Below are positions 39,701 to 53,296 of a stretch of DNA of 63,561 nucleotides, piece after piece. Positions within the stretch are counted from its first letter, which is position 1. Every line of letters starts with the position of its first letter. The DNA is from Octopus sinensis (lineage: Eukaryota). The stretch spans positions 1 to 63,561 of the forward strand of contig NW_021831876.1 of NCBI RefSeq assembly GCF_006345805.1. The letters run 5' to 3'. The position numbers were made by a program, and so were the translations under genes. The notes beneath the pieces were generated by a model. The model worked only from the letters and a program-made list of their open reading frames with translations. It made no database searches and was not told where the DNA came from.

Positions 39701-40055
39701 TATCTTTTCGCTCACTATTCCTTATCTTAATACCCCCCCCCCAGTTCCCTTTCTAATACACTTAGCTCTCCACATTCAATCATTCAACTTCTCTCTTTTA
39801 ACACCTCAAATGTAAGATCTCTTCCTTGAAGACGGAGGCTTGTCTCATCCTATGACCGCTGAGCTCCCAGAAATAGCTGTTGGATTTGTAATTCTTTTCT
39901 TACACCCCTTTAATTCTCTCTATTGTTTGTATTCTGTATAAGTTGGACCTTTTATATGTAAACATATATACATTTTTTTGTACTTCATGCACTTAATATA
40001 CTTTATATATTGATCTGTCTAATTTTCTTATCCCCCACATTTCTGTCTGTCTGTC

Positions 40056-40087
<32 letters not shown>

Positions 40088-40089
40088 TG

Positions 40090-40563
40090 CTCTATGGAGA
40101 ACTTGTGAATGGAAGGAGACTCCGGCAGAATCCAAGGCTGCGATTTAAGGACTGTGTCAAGTCCTCATTAAAGGCTTGTGATATGCAGGACACTGACTGG
40201 GAGAACAATGCCTGACATCGCCACAGATGGATGAAACCAGGTTAAGGAGGGGATCGACACTTTTGAGAGAACACGTATCCAACATGAAGAACTTAAGCGA
40301 GCTGCGCGAAAGCGAGCTGCGCGAAAGCGAGCTGCGCGAAAGCGAGCTGCGCGAAAGCGAGCTGCGCGAAAGCGCGCGGCTCGTATAGTGAATGGGGAAA
40401 GCTTGGTCTGCAATGTTTGCAGTCGTGTATGCTTGTCAGGAGCAGGGCTCATTAGACACCAACGTAGCCGCAAATGCAAAATATAAGTTAGTCCTATAGC
40501 GCACAATGTTCCTGAAGGTCGGCAATGGTCTTCCTCGGTCACTAGTGGACGGCCATCATCATG
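40090..40563 (+). mobile_element. RTE LINE 3' end with C2H2 finger
   Basis: LYGELVNGRR...RLRFKDCVKSSLKAC...CNVCSRVCLSGAGLIRHQR; tail ggacggccatcatcat. Confidence 0.88.
40295..40369 (+). repeat. Perfect 15-bp tandem repeat (aagcgagctgcgcga) x5
   Basis: Five identical units in frame with RTE ORF2 (KRAAR). Confidence 0.97.
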
Positions 40564-40825
40564 TATGTATGTATGCATGTATAAATGGCTGGATGCATGT
40601 GTACGTATATAACCTAAACTCTGTTATAAGTGTCTACATGTCTGTATGTTTTACATAAATAAATGGTGAGGTTGAGTTTTTGCACACATTTGTAAATGTA
40701 TCACTCACGCGTAGATTGCGTTTATTTATGCATTTTTCTAATTTATTCTAATATATCATTTTTGCTCTATCAGCTATCTATTTATTTATTTAGTTGGGTG
40801 GTAATATATTTATTATACTAGAAGA

Positions 40826-40924
<99 letters not shown>

Positions 40925-42121
40925 TTTAGGTATGTGTCTATTCACTTCACATGAAATGATATCATTTGATAATTCCATCAACCTTTTGTTGTTTGACGTC
41001 ACATTTCATGGAAAAATTATTTTAACTGTTATGACTCAAATTTGTTTCAAATGTTTGAATCACCAAGAAACATTTTGCTATATTCAGTTTCATTGCTAAA
41101 ACATTAAATCTATAAAATCTAAATGTGTGTGTTTGTGTGTTTAGTTACGTCATATTTTGTGCATTTCATTAACAACAAATATTTCCAAATAGAACAGCAA
41201 TAATCATTTTATGCTTTTCAAAGTGTCTGATATAACCTAAACTCTGTTGAACCTGGAAAACGCTTTCACACCAACACCACTGTTTTGAAACATTTGAAGG
41301 GCTAGCCTATGTCCAAACGCCAAAAGCTGTTCTTGACCGAAAGTCAACCCTAATTGAAAATTCCAATAGTGACCATCCAATCATTTTAACGATGTGTAGG
41401 TCATTATTTAATCTATTGTTTCCTCAAATAAGGTAAGGATACATTAGATAATAATTAATCAGAAAGGACACGTTATGACGGTAAGGTGTGATTTGATGAA
41501 GACTTGGTTATTAAAAACAGTGGATTGTCCACGTAGGATGTTCTTGAAAGTAAAGGTGTGTTTCATCAGGTGAGATGGTTATTGGAGCCATGCTATGGAA
41601 AAATAAAAATGCAAGAAGCTATTCTAAACAATTCCCAGTAGCTATACTGCTGACAACATTATTTTAAAAGAAATCTAGAGAAAATACTATAATTTCTCGC
41701 CAGTTTTAATTTGATTGTTTTTTGTTTTTTGTTTTTGGTTTCTTGATAGAACCTTGCCGAAAAATCTTTATCGAAGCCTAAATTAGATTTTAGAAAATTT
41801 ATTTTAAAAGCACAATATCACAAGAATTTCAACTGAACATTCAACACTCTGTTGTAAAGAGAATACTAAAATATTGATTTAGACGAAATAAAAACATTGC
41901 TTGAAATTAAAGAAAGAAAGTTAACTTAATCAAACAATTTAAACTAGTCAAAAGTCACCTCACTTAATAAAATCTGAAATCAAATAATTTACATGAGCTT
42001 GTTAAAAAACACGTTTTTCTTTTTGCAGAATCATGAAAAGCGAGTTATAACGGAATACGTTTCAACTGGAAATCAAAACCAAATCATGAAACCTCTCAAG
42101 AATTTAAGGGCATTAGTGACT

Positions 42122-42920
42122 GGATCTTTTCGCTTTGACCGGAAGTTTTTTTTTATAATTTCTATGTAACTAAACACTTTTAAACTTCGTAAACGGGTAG
42201 AATGTGTTTATAAAACATCTTTTTCTCTTGACTTTCTTGAGAAAATTCTGTAGTTTGTAAGATATTTTCTTCAATTTTGGCTATTTCAACCAATCAATGA
42301 CGTCTATTGAGGTGAAAACATTATCTGCCGTAAAATTTTCTGGCGGTGAAATATGAAAATTCCCTCGTTTAAGAAACAGATTGGGTTTATTTACATTTCT
42401 GAAGAAAAAAAGATACACTTCCACCCACCCCTAACCCTAACCTAAACCCTAACCCTAACCCTAACCTTAACCCTAACCCTAACCCTAACCCAACCCCTAA
42501 TCCTAACCCTAAAACAGATTGAAATGCAACAGATCGATACTAGGGCCATAATTATGGGTGGACACTAAATAGGGAACGGTTTTGTTATCCAGCTCTGTTT
42601 ACGAGTGACCCCTCAGTTTATGGCCACAGGGTATCTTTTTTCTCATAAATAACAGGGACAATTTCATATGACACCGGAAATAAATATTGTTGACACACTA
42701 CGGCAGAAATCGTTTTCTCCTCAATAGACGTCATTGATTGGTTGAAATTGCCGAAATGCAAGAAATTAAAGACCAAATGTCTTACAAACTATAGAATTTT
42801 CTCAAGAAAGCCAAGAGAAAAAGATGTTTTATAAACACATTCTACCAGTATACGAAGTTTAAAATTTTTTAGTTACATAGAAATTATTTTTAAAAACTGC
42901 CGTTCAAACCGAAAAGATCC
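42122..42920. mobile_element. Compound MITE with ~200-bp inverted arms and about 14 CCCTAA units
   Basis: 42122-42330 mirrors 42710-42920; flanks ttagtgact and ttaatgact. Confidence 0.85.
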
Positions 42921-43203
42921 TTAATGACTTAAGTGCTAAAATGGGAATTTTTTTAATGACTTAGTTAGTGGAAGAAAGATAAAGTTCGTGACCCTTTTCA
43001 GAGTGAGCATTATTGGTGGGAAGAAGTTAGCCATATATACCAGAGACCTGGCCAGAATGCTTGTTACAGGATGGACTTCAATAAGCGACCTAGGGAGTGG
43101 GTGAGGATGTTAAATCGGGTGATGTATTAAGACTTCCACCAAGACAATGGGGGAATTTGAACTGGATAGTGAAGTGTGGTGGGTAATGCTGATGTCAATA
43201 ACC

Positions 43204-43591
43204 TATGATAAAATTTTATCATATACTAGCACTATGACCCGGCAACGCCGGGTCATAGTGCTAGTGCATGCATATACAGCTGCGTGCGTGCGCACATACA
43301 CGCGAGTACTGTCCAAGTCTCCGACCAACCACATACAGCTAGCTGGCATTCAATTGGCATATCAAGTTTCGGGCATTTTGATTGGGTTTTGGATAGAAAA
43401 TTCGCAAAAAAGTCACTTCTATTGATTTTTTAATGGCTTTGCGGGGTGACTGGGGAAATGTAAAGATGTGCACGACCACCCTTTGATGGTTTTGAGTGAC
43501 CATAGAAAGTGCAAGCCCTCTAACTGAAAAATTGTGGATTTGTATAAAGGATACACACACACAGACATTTTGCCGTTTATAAATAGAAGAT
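43204..43591 (+). mobile_element. Helentron-like element with a hairpin head (second copy 50624-51059)
   Basis: tatgataaaattttatcata palindrome, then ctagcactatgacccggc-aac-gccgggtcatagtgctag; 3' end ttttgccgtttataaatagaagat. Confidence 0.7.
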
Positions 43592-44030
43592 AACATTAAT
43601 ACATTAATACTTTCTATTTATGCATCAGTTATGTTTTTCAACATTCACTTCTGTTAAAAAGGGCGGATTGCTGATGCTGAATATTATAATTATTTGATAA
43701 TAGTCAATATAGATGTTCTCCAGTCATGTATAGATCGTATAGAGAGAGGAAGAAGAGAGGAAAAGGGAGAGAGAGAGAGAGAGAGTTTACTTAAGAGTTG
43801 TAGGCTTTGTGAAAGGCGATGAATAAAAGAACGCTGCGCGCGCACTTACATAGAGGGGGAGGAGAGGAGGGGATCGAGGAGGAGGAGGAGGAGGAGAAAT
43901 GATAGAATAGTTGGTCATAGCTAACAAAAAAGGCTTGCAATAGTAACTACTTATTATAAATGTCTTCCTTAGGTACTCTTCGAGTAAGCTTTTCTTTATT
44001 TTAATCACGAAGACATTTACTAACTTCGGA

Positions 44031-44096
<66 letters not shown>

Positions 44097-45339
44097 GGGA
44101 AAATGTCGCGCTCGCACGATTGGTCTTTCACGCAACTTGACAGTTAAATTCACTCGCAAAGCATTAGTCGGCGTGGTGTTATAGTTGTAGACACATATCC
44201 AAGGTACTCTACAGGGGGGAGTAAATCCGAAACACTTGGTTGTGAAGCAAACTTTTTAACCACACAGCCATGCCTGCGCCTAATGGAATAAAACTTTATG
44301 ACAAGCCTATTCAGAGATTTTTGAAATTTTGAAATTTGAGTTGATTTGGATATAAGATCAAGTTCTGTAGCACGAAAGTTGTTGTTGATGTCGTTGTTGC
44401 TACCAGGCCGATCGATGACGTAGTTTCCCAAGAAATCTCGTTGCCTCCAGAACAGTTTAAGACAAAAATGTTATCTCTTTCTTTCTCTCTTTTACTTGTT
44501 TCAGTCATTTGACTGCGGCCATGCTGGAGCACCGTCTTTAGTCGAGCAAATCGACCCCAGGACTTATTCTTTGTAAGCCTAGTACTTATTCTATCGGTCG
44601 CTTTTGCCGAACCGCTAAGTTACGGGGAGTTAAACACACCAGCATCGGTTGCCAAGCGTTGTTGGGGGGACAAACACAGACACACAAACACACACACTTA
44701 TAAATATATATACATATATTCGACGGGCTTCTTTCAGTTTCCGTCTACCAAATTCACTCACAAGGCTTTGGTCGGCCCGAGGCTATAGTAGAAGACACTT
44801 GCCCAAGATACCACAGAGTGGGACTGAACCTGGGACCATGTGGTTCGTAAGCAAGCTACTTACCACAAAGCCAATTCTACGCCTATAGAGACTATATTTT
44901 AATGCAATACAAACTGCCATGCTCCAGCAAAGTTTCCCTCTGGAATTAAAATCAGACGCTGACAACATAATATGGCGCAGTTCAGCAATCATATCTGTTT
45001 AGAACTTCACCAAATTAACAATACAAATTCAGAAAACAAACAGAGAACAATTACCTTCGTAGATTTATAAAAACGAAACAAAAAAGCATTTTCTAGATTC
45101 CAATGTAAAAGAAGCGTTTGTATTTATTTACGAAGAAAAAACGGAAGTTGAAATACATTTCTCCTATGATCGCCAACCTAGCAGAGGCATGCAATAGCGT
45201 TTGCACTATTACAAATATTCCAGCACTAAGATAATGTCTTCCATTTCGTAGTCAGTCAAAGAGCTCCTAAAAACGTCGTGGACAAACACTTTCTGTCCTT
45301 GCTGATCGGAGATGTCAGAGAGCATAGTTGTTGATAAGA

Positions 45340-47650
45340 AATTACGGGCAACATCATTACTGACAGGAAGTATCATTTGACAGTGTTATTGATGACAAGT
45401 GCCAGATTCCACTGCTATTGATAAGAAATGATAGACACTAGAGACACGTGTCTTAATGCTAAAACATAACAGACACTAATATTGATAATAGTAAAGACTG
45501 CGAGCAAGCAGAATCGATAGCATGCCGGGTAAAATGCATTCTGAGTTGAGATCCGCCGAGACCCACCGAGGTCGACTGACTTTCATCTTTTCAGGGTCGA
45601 TACAGAGTCGATGCGGTGGATGGAATCGACTTCCCTCCCCCCCACCTTCCCTGATGTTGCTGGCCTTGAACCAAAATTTGAAATGTTGTTTTGTTTTTTG
45701 TTTGTTCCTTTTCGAGCCTGGCTAATAAGGGCCAGTTTCCCGGTTTCTTGGCGTATATTTTGTCTAGAGTCTGTATCTCCACATGTTCCTGAAATTCTTT
45801 AAACTTTAGGAATGTTAGATTTACTAATCTATTTTTATTACCATTATCATTATCTTTTAGCCATTGCTTGTTTCTCACAACCTTTAAGACAGTACAAGTT
45901 TTTTTGTTCCTTCTCGAGCCATGCCTGGCTCATAAGGGCCAGTTTCCCGGTTTCCTTGGCGTATACGTTCCCCACCTGGACGGGACGCCGGTCCATCGCA
46001 GGTGAGCTGCAAGATGCAGGAGGAAAGAGTGAGAGAAAGTTGGGGCGAAAGAGTCAGCAGAAGTTTCGCCATTACCTTCTGCCGGAGCCGCGTGGAGCTT
46101 AGGTGTTTCGCTCATAAACACACACATCGTCCGGTCTGAGATTCAAACCCGCGATCCCTCGACTGCGAGTCCGCTGCTCTAACCACTAGGCCATGTGCCT
46201 CCACAAAATTTGAAATCAATATTGATAATAGGAAATGTCAGATAGCAAAGTAGTAATAGGAAATAAGTTTAATAATACGAAAAGGGTTTTCATCTAAAAT
46301 GTCAGGTACCAATTAGATGAGTTCAAATATGTTTCGGGCATATTTGAACTGTAAAAAGTCCGTTTTTACTACTGTTTGACGTAGAAAAAAATCTCGCTTC
46401 AGGCAACGGTTGTTAGAAACAGTAACACGGTACTCTCTGACAGACCGATGAATGCATTTCTCGCTTTTTGATAATTCTCTACAATTTATGTGGCAAACTG
46501 CACGGAAAATATCGTTTTCATGAGGTAAATGTCCCAAGCATATTTGATCTGATCTAATTGTTTGTTTACTCACAACATTGCATTCGTGTGCCTACTACAA
46601 TATTCAGATACCAGTGTTATGGATAGGGAATGTCAGAGACCTATTTTTATGGTTTGGAAATTGATCGCAAGAATTGTTCATGGAAAGTGTCAGACAACGT
46701 TTATCAGTAGGAAATGTGTGAAACCATGTTATTAAACGTTGGACATCAAAGTTGTTGTTGGTGTTGTTGCTGTTGTTGTTTGCTTCTTCTCGAGCCACAC
46801 CCGGCTCACAAGGGCCGGTTTCCCGGTTTCTTGGCGCACAGGTTCCCCACCTGGACGGGACGCCAGTCCAGCGCAGGTGAGCTGCAAGATGCAGGAGGAA
46901 AAAGTGAGAGAAAGTCGGGGCGAAAGAGTCAGCAGAAGTTTCGCGACTACCTTCTGCCGGAGCCGCGTGGAGCTTAGGTGTTTCGCTCATAAACACACAC
47001 ATCGCCCGGTCTGAGATTCGAACTCGCGATCCCTCGACAGCGAGTCCGCTGCTCTAACCACTTGGCCATGTGCCTCAAAGTTATAGACAAGAACTGATGG
47101 ATAACAAATATGAAAAAACACGCGTAAGTGTTATTGATAGGAAATGCTGGACACCAGTTTCACCTATTGCAAATATCAGATAAGAAATTGATACGAAATA
47201 TCAGAAAATTTATATTCATGGAAAACGTCAGCCACCGATGTTATTGGTAGTAAATGTCTGACGCTATTATCATTGATAAGAATGGATGAACAGCAGGGTT
47301 ATTGATTGGAAATGTCAATCAATTGTGTTATTGATTGGAAATGTTACCTAGCAGTGTTGTTAGTAAGAAATGGTCGACACCAGTGTGATTAATAGGAAAT
47401 GTCACAGATCATTATAATTGATTGATAGGAAGTGTTATACGACAGTGTTATTGCTGGGAAATCTGAGACACTGGCATAATTGGTAGGTGAGAGACACAAG
47501 CGTTATTGATTGGAAAATGTTACATTGCAGTGTTGATAATTGGAAATGATAGAACCCGGTGTTATTGATAACAAAAGTCAAAGACCAGTGTTATTGATAG
47601 GACGTCTGACACCAATGTTTCTTTTTCTTTCTTTTTCATATTGATAGGGA
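45340..47650. repeat. Degenerate ~29-bp minisatellite (approx. acaccagtgttattgataggaaatgtcag) interrupted by SINEs
   Basis: Units start near 47443, 47470, 47498, 47528, 47557, 47586 and 47613; related units at 45340-45500 and 46600-46740. Confidence 0.75.
45901..46205 (-). mobile_element. SINE family III, tail type B (second copy 46751-47076; solo tail 45709-45757)
   Basis: Same head and body as 32134; 3' part cctgcgatggaccggcgtcccgtccagg resembles a V-SINE domain (from memory, unverified). Confidence 0.8.
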
Positions 47651-48339
47651 ATGGAATTTAGTATGTAATAATAAAAGAATATCGATCAGCTTTACACAAA
47701 TGTGAGAAATATTTCTTCTTTTCTTTTTTTTTTTTTTCTTAACATACATGTTCAATAACATCATTGAATGATATCATTATTTGTTTCGACTACCACACCA
47801 TTGTTGTTAGAAAAATGACGAGACTTTTGCTAATGATAGAATATGGCTCATTTATTCAAAAGAATCGGAGAAGCTAGTCATAAATTTCGTACTTGAAAGG
47901 TTTTGCTCTTATTATTTCAATGAAAAATATTGCAATAATTCGTAAATTTGATGGTGCTTTTACATCGACGAAGTTTTGGGGTAGATGCAATTAAGCATCA
48001 CTCCGAATTATGTTCTTCATCACTTTGCGGAGGATGCCTATTTTTCATGAAATTTCACAGAGGTATCTTTTCGATGGTATAATGTACGGCTATGTTAATA
48101 AAATTATTAATAGGCGTTCTGGAAGATTCTCCGGCTCATGATTTTGCTTTCGCATAACTTTCTCAACTATGTATATTTTAAAATGGAATTTTTCAGACCT
48201 ACGTATGTGTAGATTACAATTACAAAATTAAGAAAAATGCTTAACGGAAATTGATGGTAACAAAGTCAGCAGGCGGTGAATGATTCAAAACATATCTTAA
48301 TTTTTGTTTATTGTCTTTTGTAAATTTATTTCCTCAATC

Positions 48340-48397
<58 letters not shown>

Positions 48398-48495
48398 GAA
48401 AATGTATTTAAGCGAAAGTTCATTTGAAAATATGTTGTTTAGAGAGTGTTATGAAAAAGATAATCGAGGGGATTCCAAGCTGTAACTATGACTTT

Positions 48496-48659
<164 letters not shown>

Positions 48660-48723
48660 TAGATATTTACTACAGATTGCTTGAAGCTAACTTTCTTCCT
48701 ACACCTCGATCCCTGGATCTTAC

Positions 48724-48757
<34 letters not shown>

Positions 48758-49408
48758 AATAGTAAATAATATTTTTTTTTCTTAGGTGATTTATCATATG
48801 GGATTTTACCAAAAGAGATTTTCTGGGAGTACCCAGCTTTAGAGAGGGCCTGATTATAGTGATGCGCATGATTACTGAAAATACTTTCGTTTGATGATAT
48901 TTAATGATTTAACCGATTTCCTAGTTTACACTCATTTTCGAACGTTGAGATAGAAAGATGTGGGTTATGCCCCAACTGTCTTGCTTCTGACTAATGTTTG
49001 AAGCATGTCCTATTTTTATAGGGGGTACATGGCTCAAATTGGTGTATGTTTTAGATAGGACTTGATTGGTAGAGGATAGTCACATGACTGGTCTTAGAAA
49101 ATTTTGTAGGTTCCCCGTTGCATTCGTGTGTTAATGTCAAGGGGCAATGTTTGGCGTCTTAAGGCTGACACGGTTTTGTGAACATGCCTAGCGACAGTAG
49201 CAAACAATCAATGCTCTTAATATTTGCAAGTTTTTGTAGAGAATGATCACGTAATTAAGTTTAAAACCTTTCTTTACGTTTCCCGCTATGTCCGTGCGTC
49301 AGTGTTACGTAACAGTATATTTTGCACCGAAAATTAAGGCCGACACGGTAGAGTGAATATGTTTAGTTTTGTGTGTTGAAGTGCGTATGAATGTGTGTGT
49401 GTGTGAGT

Positions 49409-49467
<59 letters not shown>

Positions 49468-49675
49468 CCAGCATGACATTAAATAGTAAGCATTTTTCTT
49501 TTCGTTTAAAAGTATTTTTCTTAAAAACAGCAATATCGCTTATGACTGATTAAGTAAAAATTGTATCACTTTTGTGTGTGCGCTCAAGTGTAAACGCCCG
49601 TATGTGTGTTTGTGCTCCCGCACATTTGTATGAACTATTATAATTCAAAATTAAAAAGTCGAACACTCTTTACAC

Positions 49676-49823
49676 TATTTACATTTGACGGATATTTGCC
49701 CTCATCTTGTTTGTTGTTAACAAAACGTTTCGGCTGATATACCATCCAGCTTTCATCAGGTGTCTTGGGGGAAATTTCGAACCTGGGTTCTCATTCCTAA
49801 GGTATTTTTCGATGTTGTTGTTA

Positions 49824-49906
<83 letters not shown>

Positions 49907-49993
49907 TCACTGCCTGGAATCGAACTCGGAATCTTGGGGTTAATAGCCTGGGCTACTAACCCCCAAAATTCCGTCTTCGATTCCAGGCAGTGA

Positions 49994-50055
<62 letters not shown>

Positions 50056-50259
50056 TAATAATAATAATATAATAATAATAATAACAACAACAACAACAAC
50101 AACAACAGCAACAACAACAACATCGAAAATACCTTAGGAATGAGAACCCAAGTTCGAAATTTTCCCCCAAGATACCTGATGAAAGCTGGATGGTATATCA
50201 GTCGAAACGTTTTGTTAACAACAAACAAGATGAGGACAAATATCCGTCAAATGTAAATA
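49676..50259. repeat. ~580-bp near-loopless palindrome of Penelope-type termini with (TAT)n
   Basis: Arms meet at tagcc-tg-ggcta (49944-49955); each arm carries a degenerate CTGATGA...GAAA. Confidence 0.9.
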
Positions 50260-50623
50260 ATGTACATAATTCCTCATCTCTTAAATATAGAACTGTATTA
50301 AAGACGTCGAGTTTTTTGGGGGTTTTTTCAGTTCTTTCCTTTCTTTTCTAAAAATATGGAGTGGAAATTTACGACAAAATTTCCAGTTTCATTTTGATCA
50401 AAATGCCTGCAACTCCAGCCACTGAAATTACAATTCTTTCACTTTTCTTTCCCTACATTTAACCTCTCCAACTCTTTCTCTCCTTCTCCCTCTCTCCATC
50501 TGTTGTTTCAGTTTCCTTCTATCAAACTTAATAACTTAATATGATAAAACATATTTGTGTTTTATTACGTCTAAAAATAGTTATTTTCTGTCTTCTTTAT
50601 TTCAATAAAAAGAGAATGTATAA

Positions 50624-51059
50624 TACTAGCACTATGACCAGGCATTTCCGGGTCATAGTGCTAGTATTATATATGATCAAATTTTATCATATACTAGCAC
50701 TATGACCTGGCAACGCCGGGTCATAGTGCTAGTGCTTGCATATACAGCTGCGTGCGTGCACACATATACGCAAGTACTGTCCAAATCTCCGACCAATCAC
50801 ATACAGCTAGCTAGCATTCAATTGGCGTATCAAGTTTCGGGCATTTTAATTGGGTTTTGGATAGAAAATTCACAAAGAAGTCACTTCTATCGAATTTTTT
50901 AATGGCTTTGCGGGGTGACTGGGGAAATGTAAAGATGTGCACGACCACCCTTGGACGGTTTTGAATGACCATTGAAAGTGCGAGCCCTCTAACTGAAAAA
51001 TTGTGGATTTGTATAAAGGACACACACACAGACATTTTGCCGTTTATATATAGAGAGAT
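50624..51059 (+). mobile_element. Helentron-like element with a duplicated hairpin head
   Basis: Near-identical to 43204-43591, plus an extra hairpin at 50624-50666. Confidence 0.75.
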
Positions 51060-51135
51060 GACCAACTGATTTTATAAGAACTTTTGCTCGACACCTGTAA
51101 ATGCTAGATTTGTTTCTTTCGCGAACACGATAACT

Positions 51136-51554
51136 GGATCTTTTCGGCTTGAACGGCAGTTTTTAACATAATTTCTAGGTAACTAAAAAATTTTAAACTA
51201 CGTATACTGGTAGAATGTGTTTATAAAACATCTTTTTCTCCTGGCTTTATTGAGAAAAGTCTATAGTTTGTAAGATATTTGTTGTTGTTTTTCTTCAATT
51301 TCTGCAATTTCAACCAATCACTGACGTCTATTGAGGTATAAAAAACATTCTGAGCCGTATCAATATGTCCCTCGTTTAAGAAACAGATTGGGTTTATTTA
51401 CATTTGTGAAGAAAAAAAGATACCCTTCCCCCCACCACTAACCCTAACCCTAAAACAGATTGAAATGCAATAGATCGATACTAGGGTCATAATTATGGGT
51501 GACAATTTCATATGACACTGCTAGAAAAAACTGCCGTTCAAACCGAAAAGATCC
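51136..51554. mobile_element. MITE, TSD cgataact/cgataatt
   Basis: TIRs; 7/8 TSD match. Confidence 0.93.
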
Positions 51555-53241
51555 CGATAATTTGACCCAAAGGGAGGTAACAGTGATAGAAATGAAACCA
51601 TAAGCTTTTAGAACTGGAACCACGTTGCAGGCGTCGTAACATCAACAACTTACCACTAATCTATTACTAAGACTTTTCGGATATAGCAACTTAACGACAC
51701 TTAAATTGGGTTCTAACTGTTTGGTTTGTTTTAAATAGGCAGCTGCTGATTTTATTTCTCATGCTTTGTGTGTTGTTTTGGTGTTGGTTTATTTCTCATG
51801 TTTTGGGATGGTGGTAATCGTGGTGGGATTTGGCGACAGCAGCGACGTGAACGATAATATTGACATAATTATAATCCCAAATGATGCTATTTTATAAAGT
51901 ACTCTTGTGATAAAGCCAGCTCAAGTAGAGAGAAATGAGAGCAAACAACTTAAATAATGTTGTGTAATGAGAAGAACGTTGACGAATATGGCGATAATAT
52001 CAACAGTAGTTTCTTCGTTTCTCCTCAGAGAATAACGACTGAAACTATTGTTTATTGTACCAGTTATGTCCTCTATATATTACGTCTATTATGTCAACGA
52101 CAGTCTTTAGATAAACAAATTAAATTGATTAATGTTATGTTATGGTTTCATCCCAAATGAAATAGAGAATAGATTAATCTAGTACTTCTTTTGCAGCTTT
52201 TTGGTGAACGTGTCAGAACTCTATTTTACAGTAAGAATATAATTTATTTAGTTTTGCGCTATTTTAATATTTCAAATGTAAATTACCAAGCGCCGGAAAA
52301 CTCCAGCGAATTTCATTCTTCAGTAAAGCCAAATAGGCTGAGTTTGACAGCATAATTTTATGACTTAGAGTTCAACCACCTCATCGATTTGTAATGGCGC
52401 ATTTTTTTCGCCGTCGATGTCCTGATTGTTGTTGTTGTTGCTGTTTCGGGTACTTAAACAAATTAAATGTACTGACACCGAAAACAACAGATGTTATGTG
52501 TCGTTCTCGTTTACAACACTTCACATACATGACACCACAATAAATACTGCATCGTCAATAATTCATTGGTGGCTTAGCGGTATTTCGATTTATCAAACAA
52601 ATTTCACACTCTCTAAAAATTATCATTGCATAAAAATCTCCTTGTTCAACTGTACTGTGATAACGGTTGGGAAATATGTCAGTGTAACGTGAAATACTGC
52701 AAAAGGTATTATCCCTGAATTAAGCATGTTCCATTGCCACCTACGCTCCATTTGACAAAATGGAATCTTAAGCTGAAGCAATTTTCATTGGTAGTGATAT
52801 AAAAGAAGGGAGAAAGGGGGTTTTCAGGATCGTTTAGTGATAAAAAATTTTATTTCAGTAATGTCATAATGTAAAACTGTATTTTTTACAACAAGAAGAG
52901 AAATAAAATAGATAGAAAAACGTTCGTAAAATAACTGGGGGGAAACATGCCTAGCAGCTGGATCAGTAAATCAGGAAAAAGCAGCAGAAAGATTTCTAGA
53001 GAACTGTTCGATACGCATAAATGCTCACAAGAACTTATCTCTTTTACTTGTTTCAGTCATTTGACTGTGGCCATGCTGGAGCACCACCTTTTGTCGAGCA
53101 AATCGACCCCAGGATTTGCTCTTTGTAAGCCTAGTACTTATTCTATCGGTCTCTTTTGCCGAACCGCTAAGTTACGGGGACGCATCGGTTGTCAAGCGAT
53201 GTTGGTGGGGGGGGGGGACAAACACAGACACACAAACATAT

Positions 53242-53296
<55 letters not shown>

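Noticed and set aside
42429-42512. True telomere or chromosome-fusion scar
   Set aside because: The tract lies at a fixed position inside a MITE that occurs many times in the window.
45340-47650. CRISPR-like 29-bp repeat array
   Set aside because: The units are contiguous and degenerate with no unique spacers, there are no cas genes, and the context is eukaryotic.
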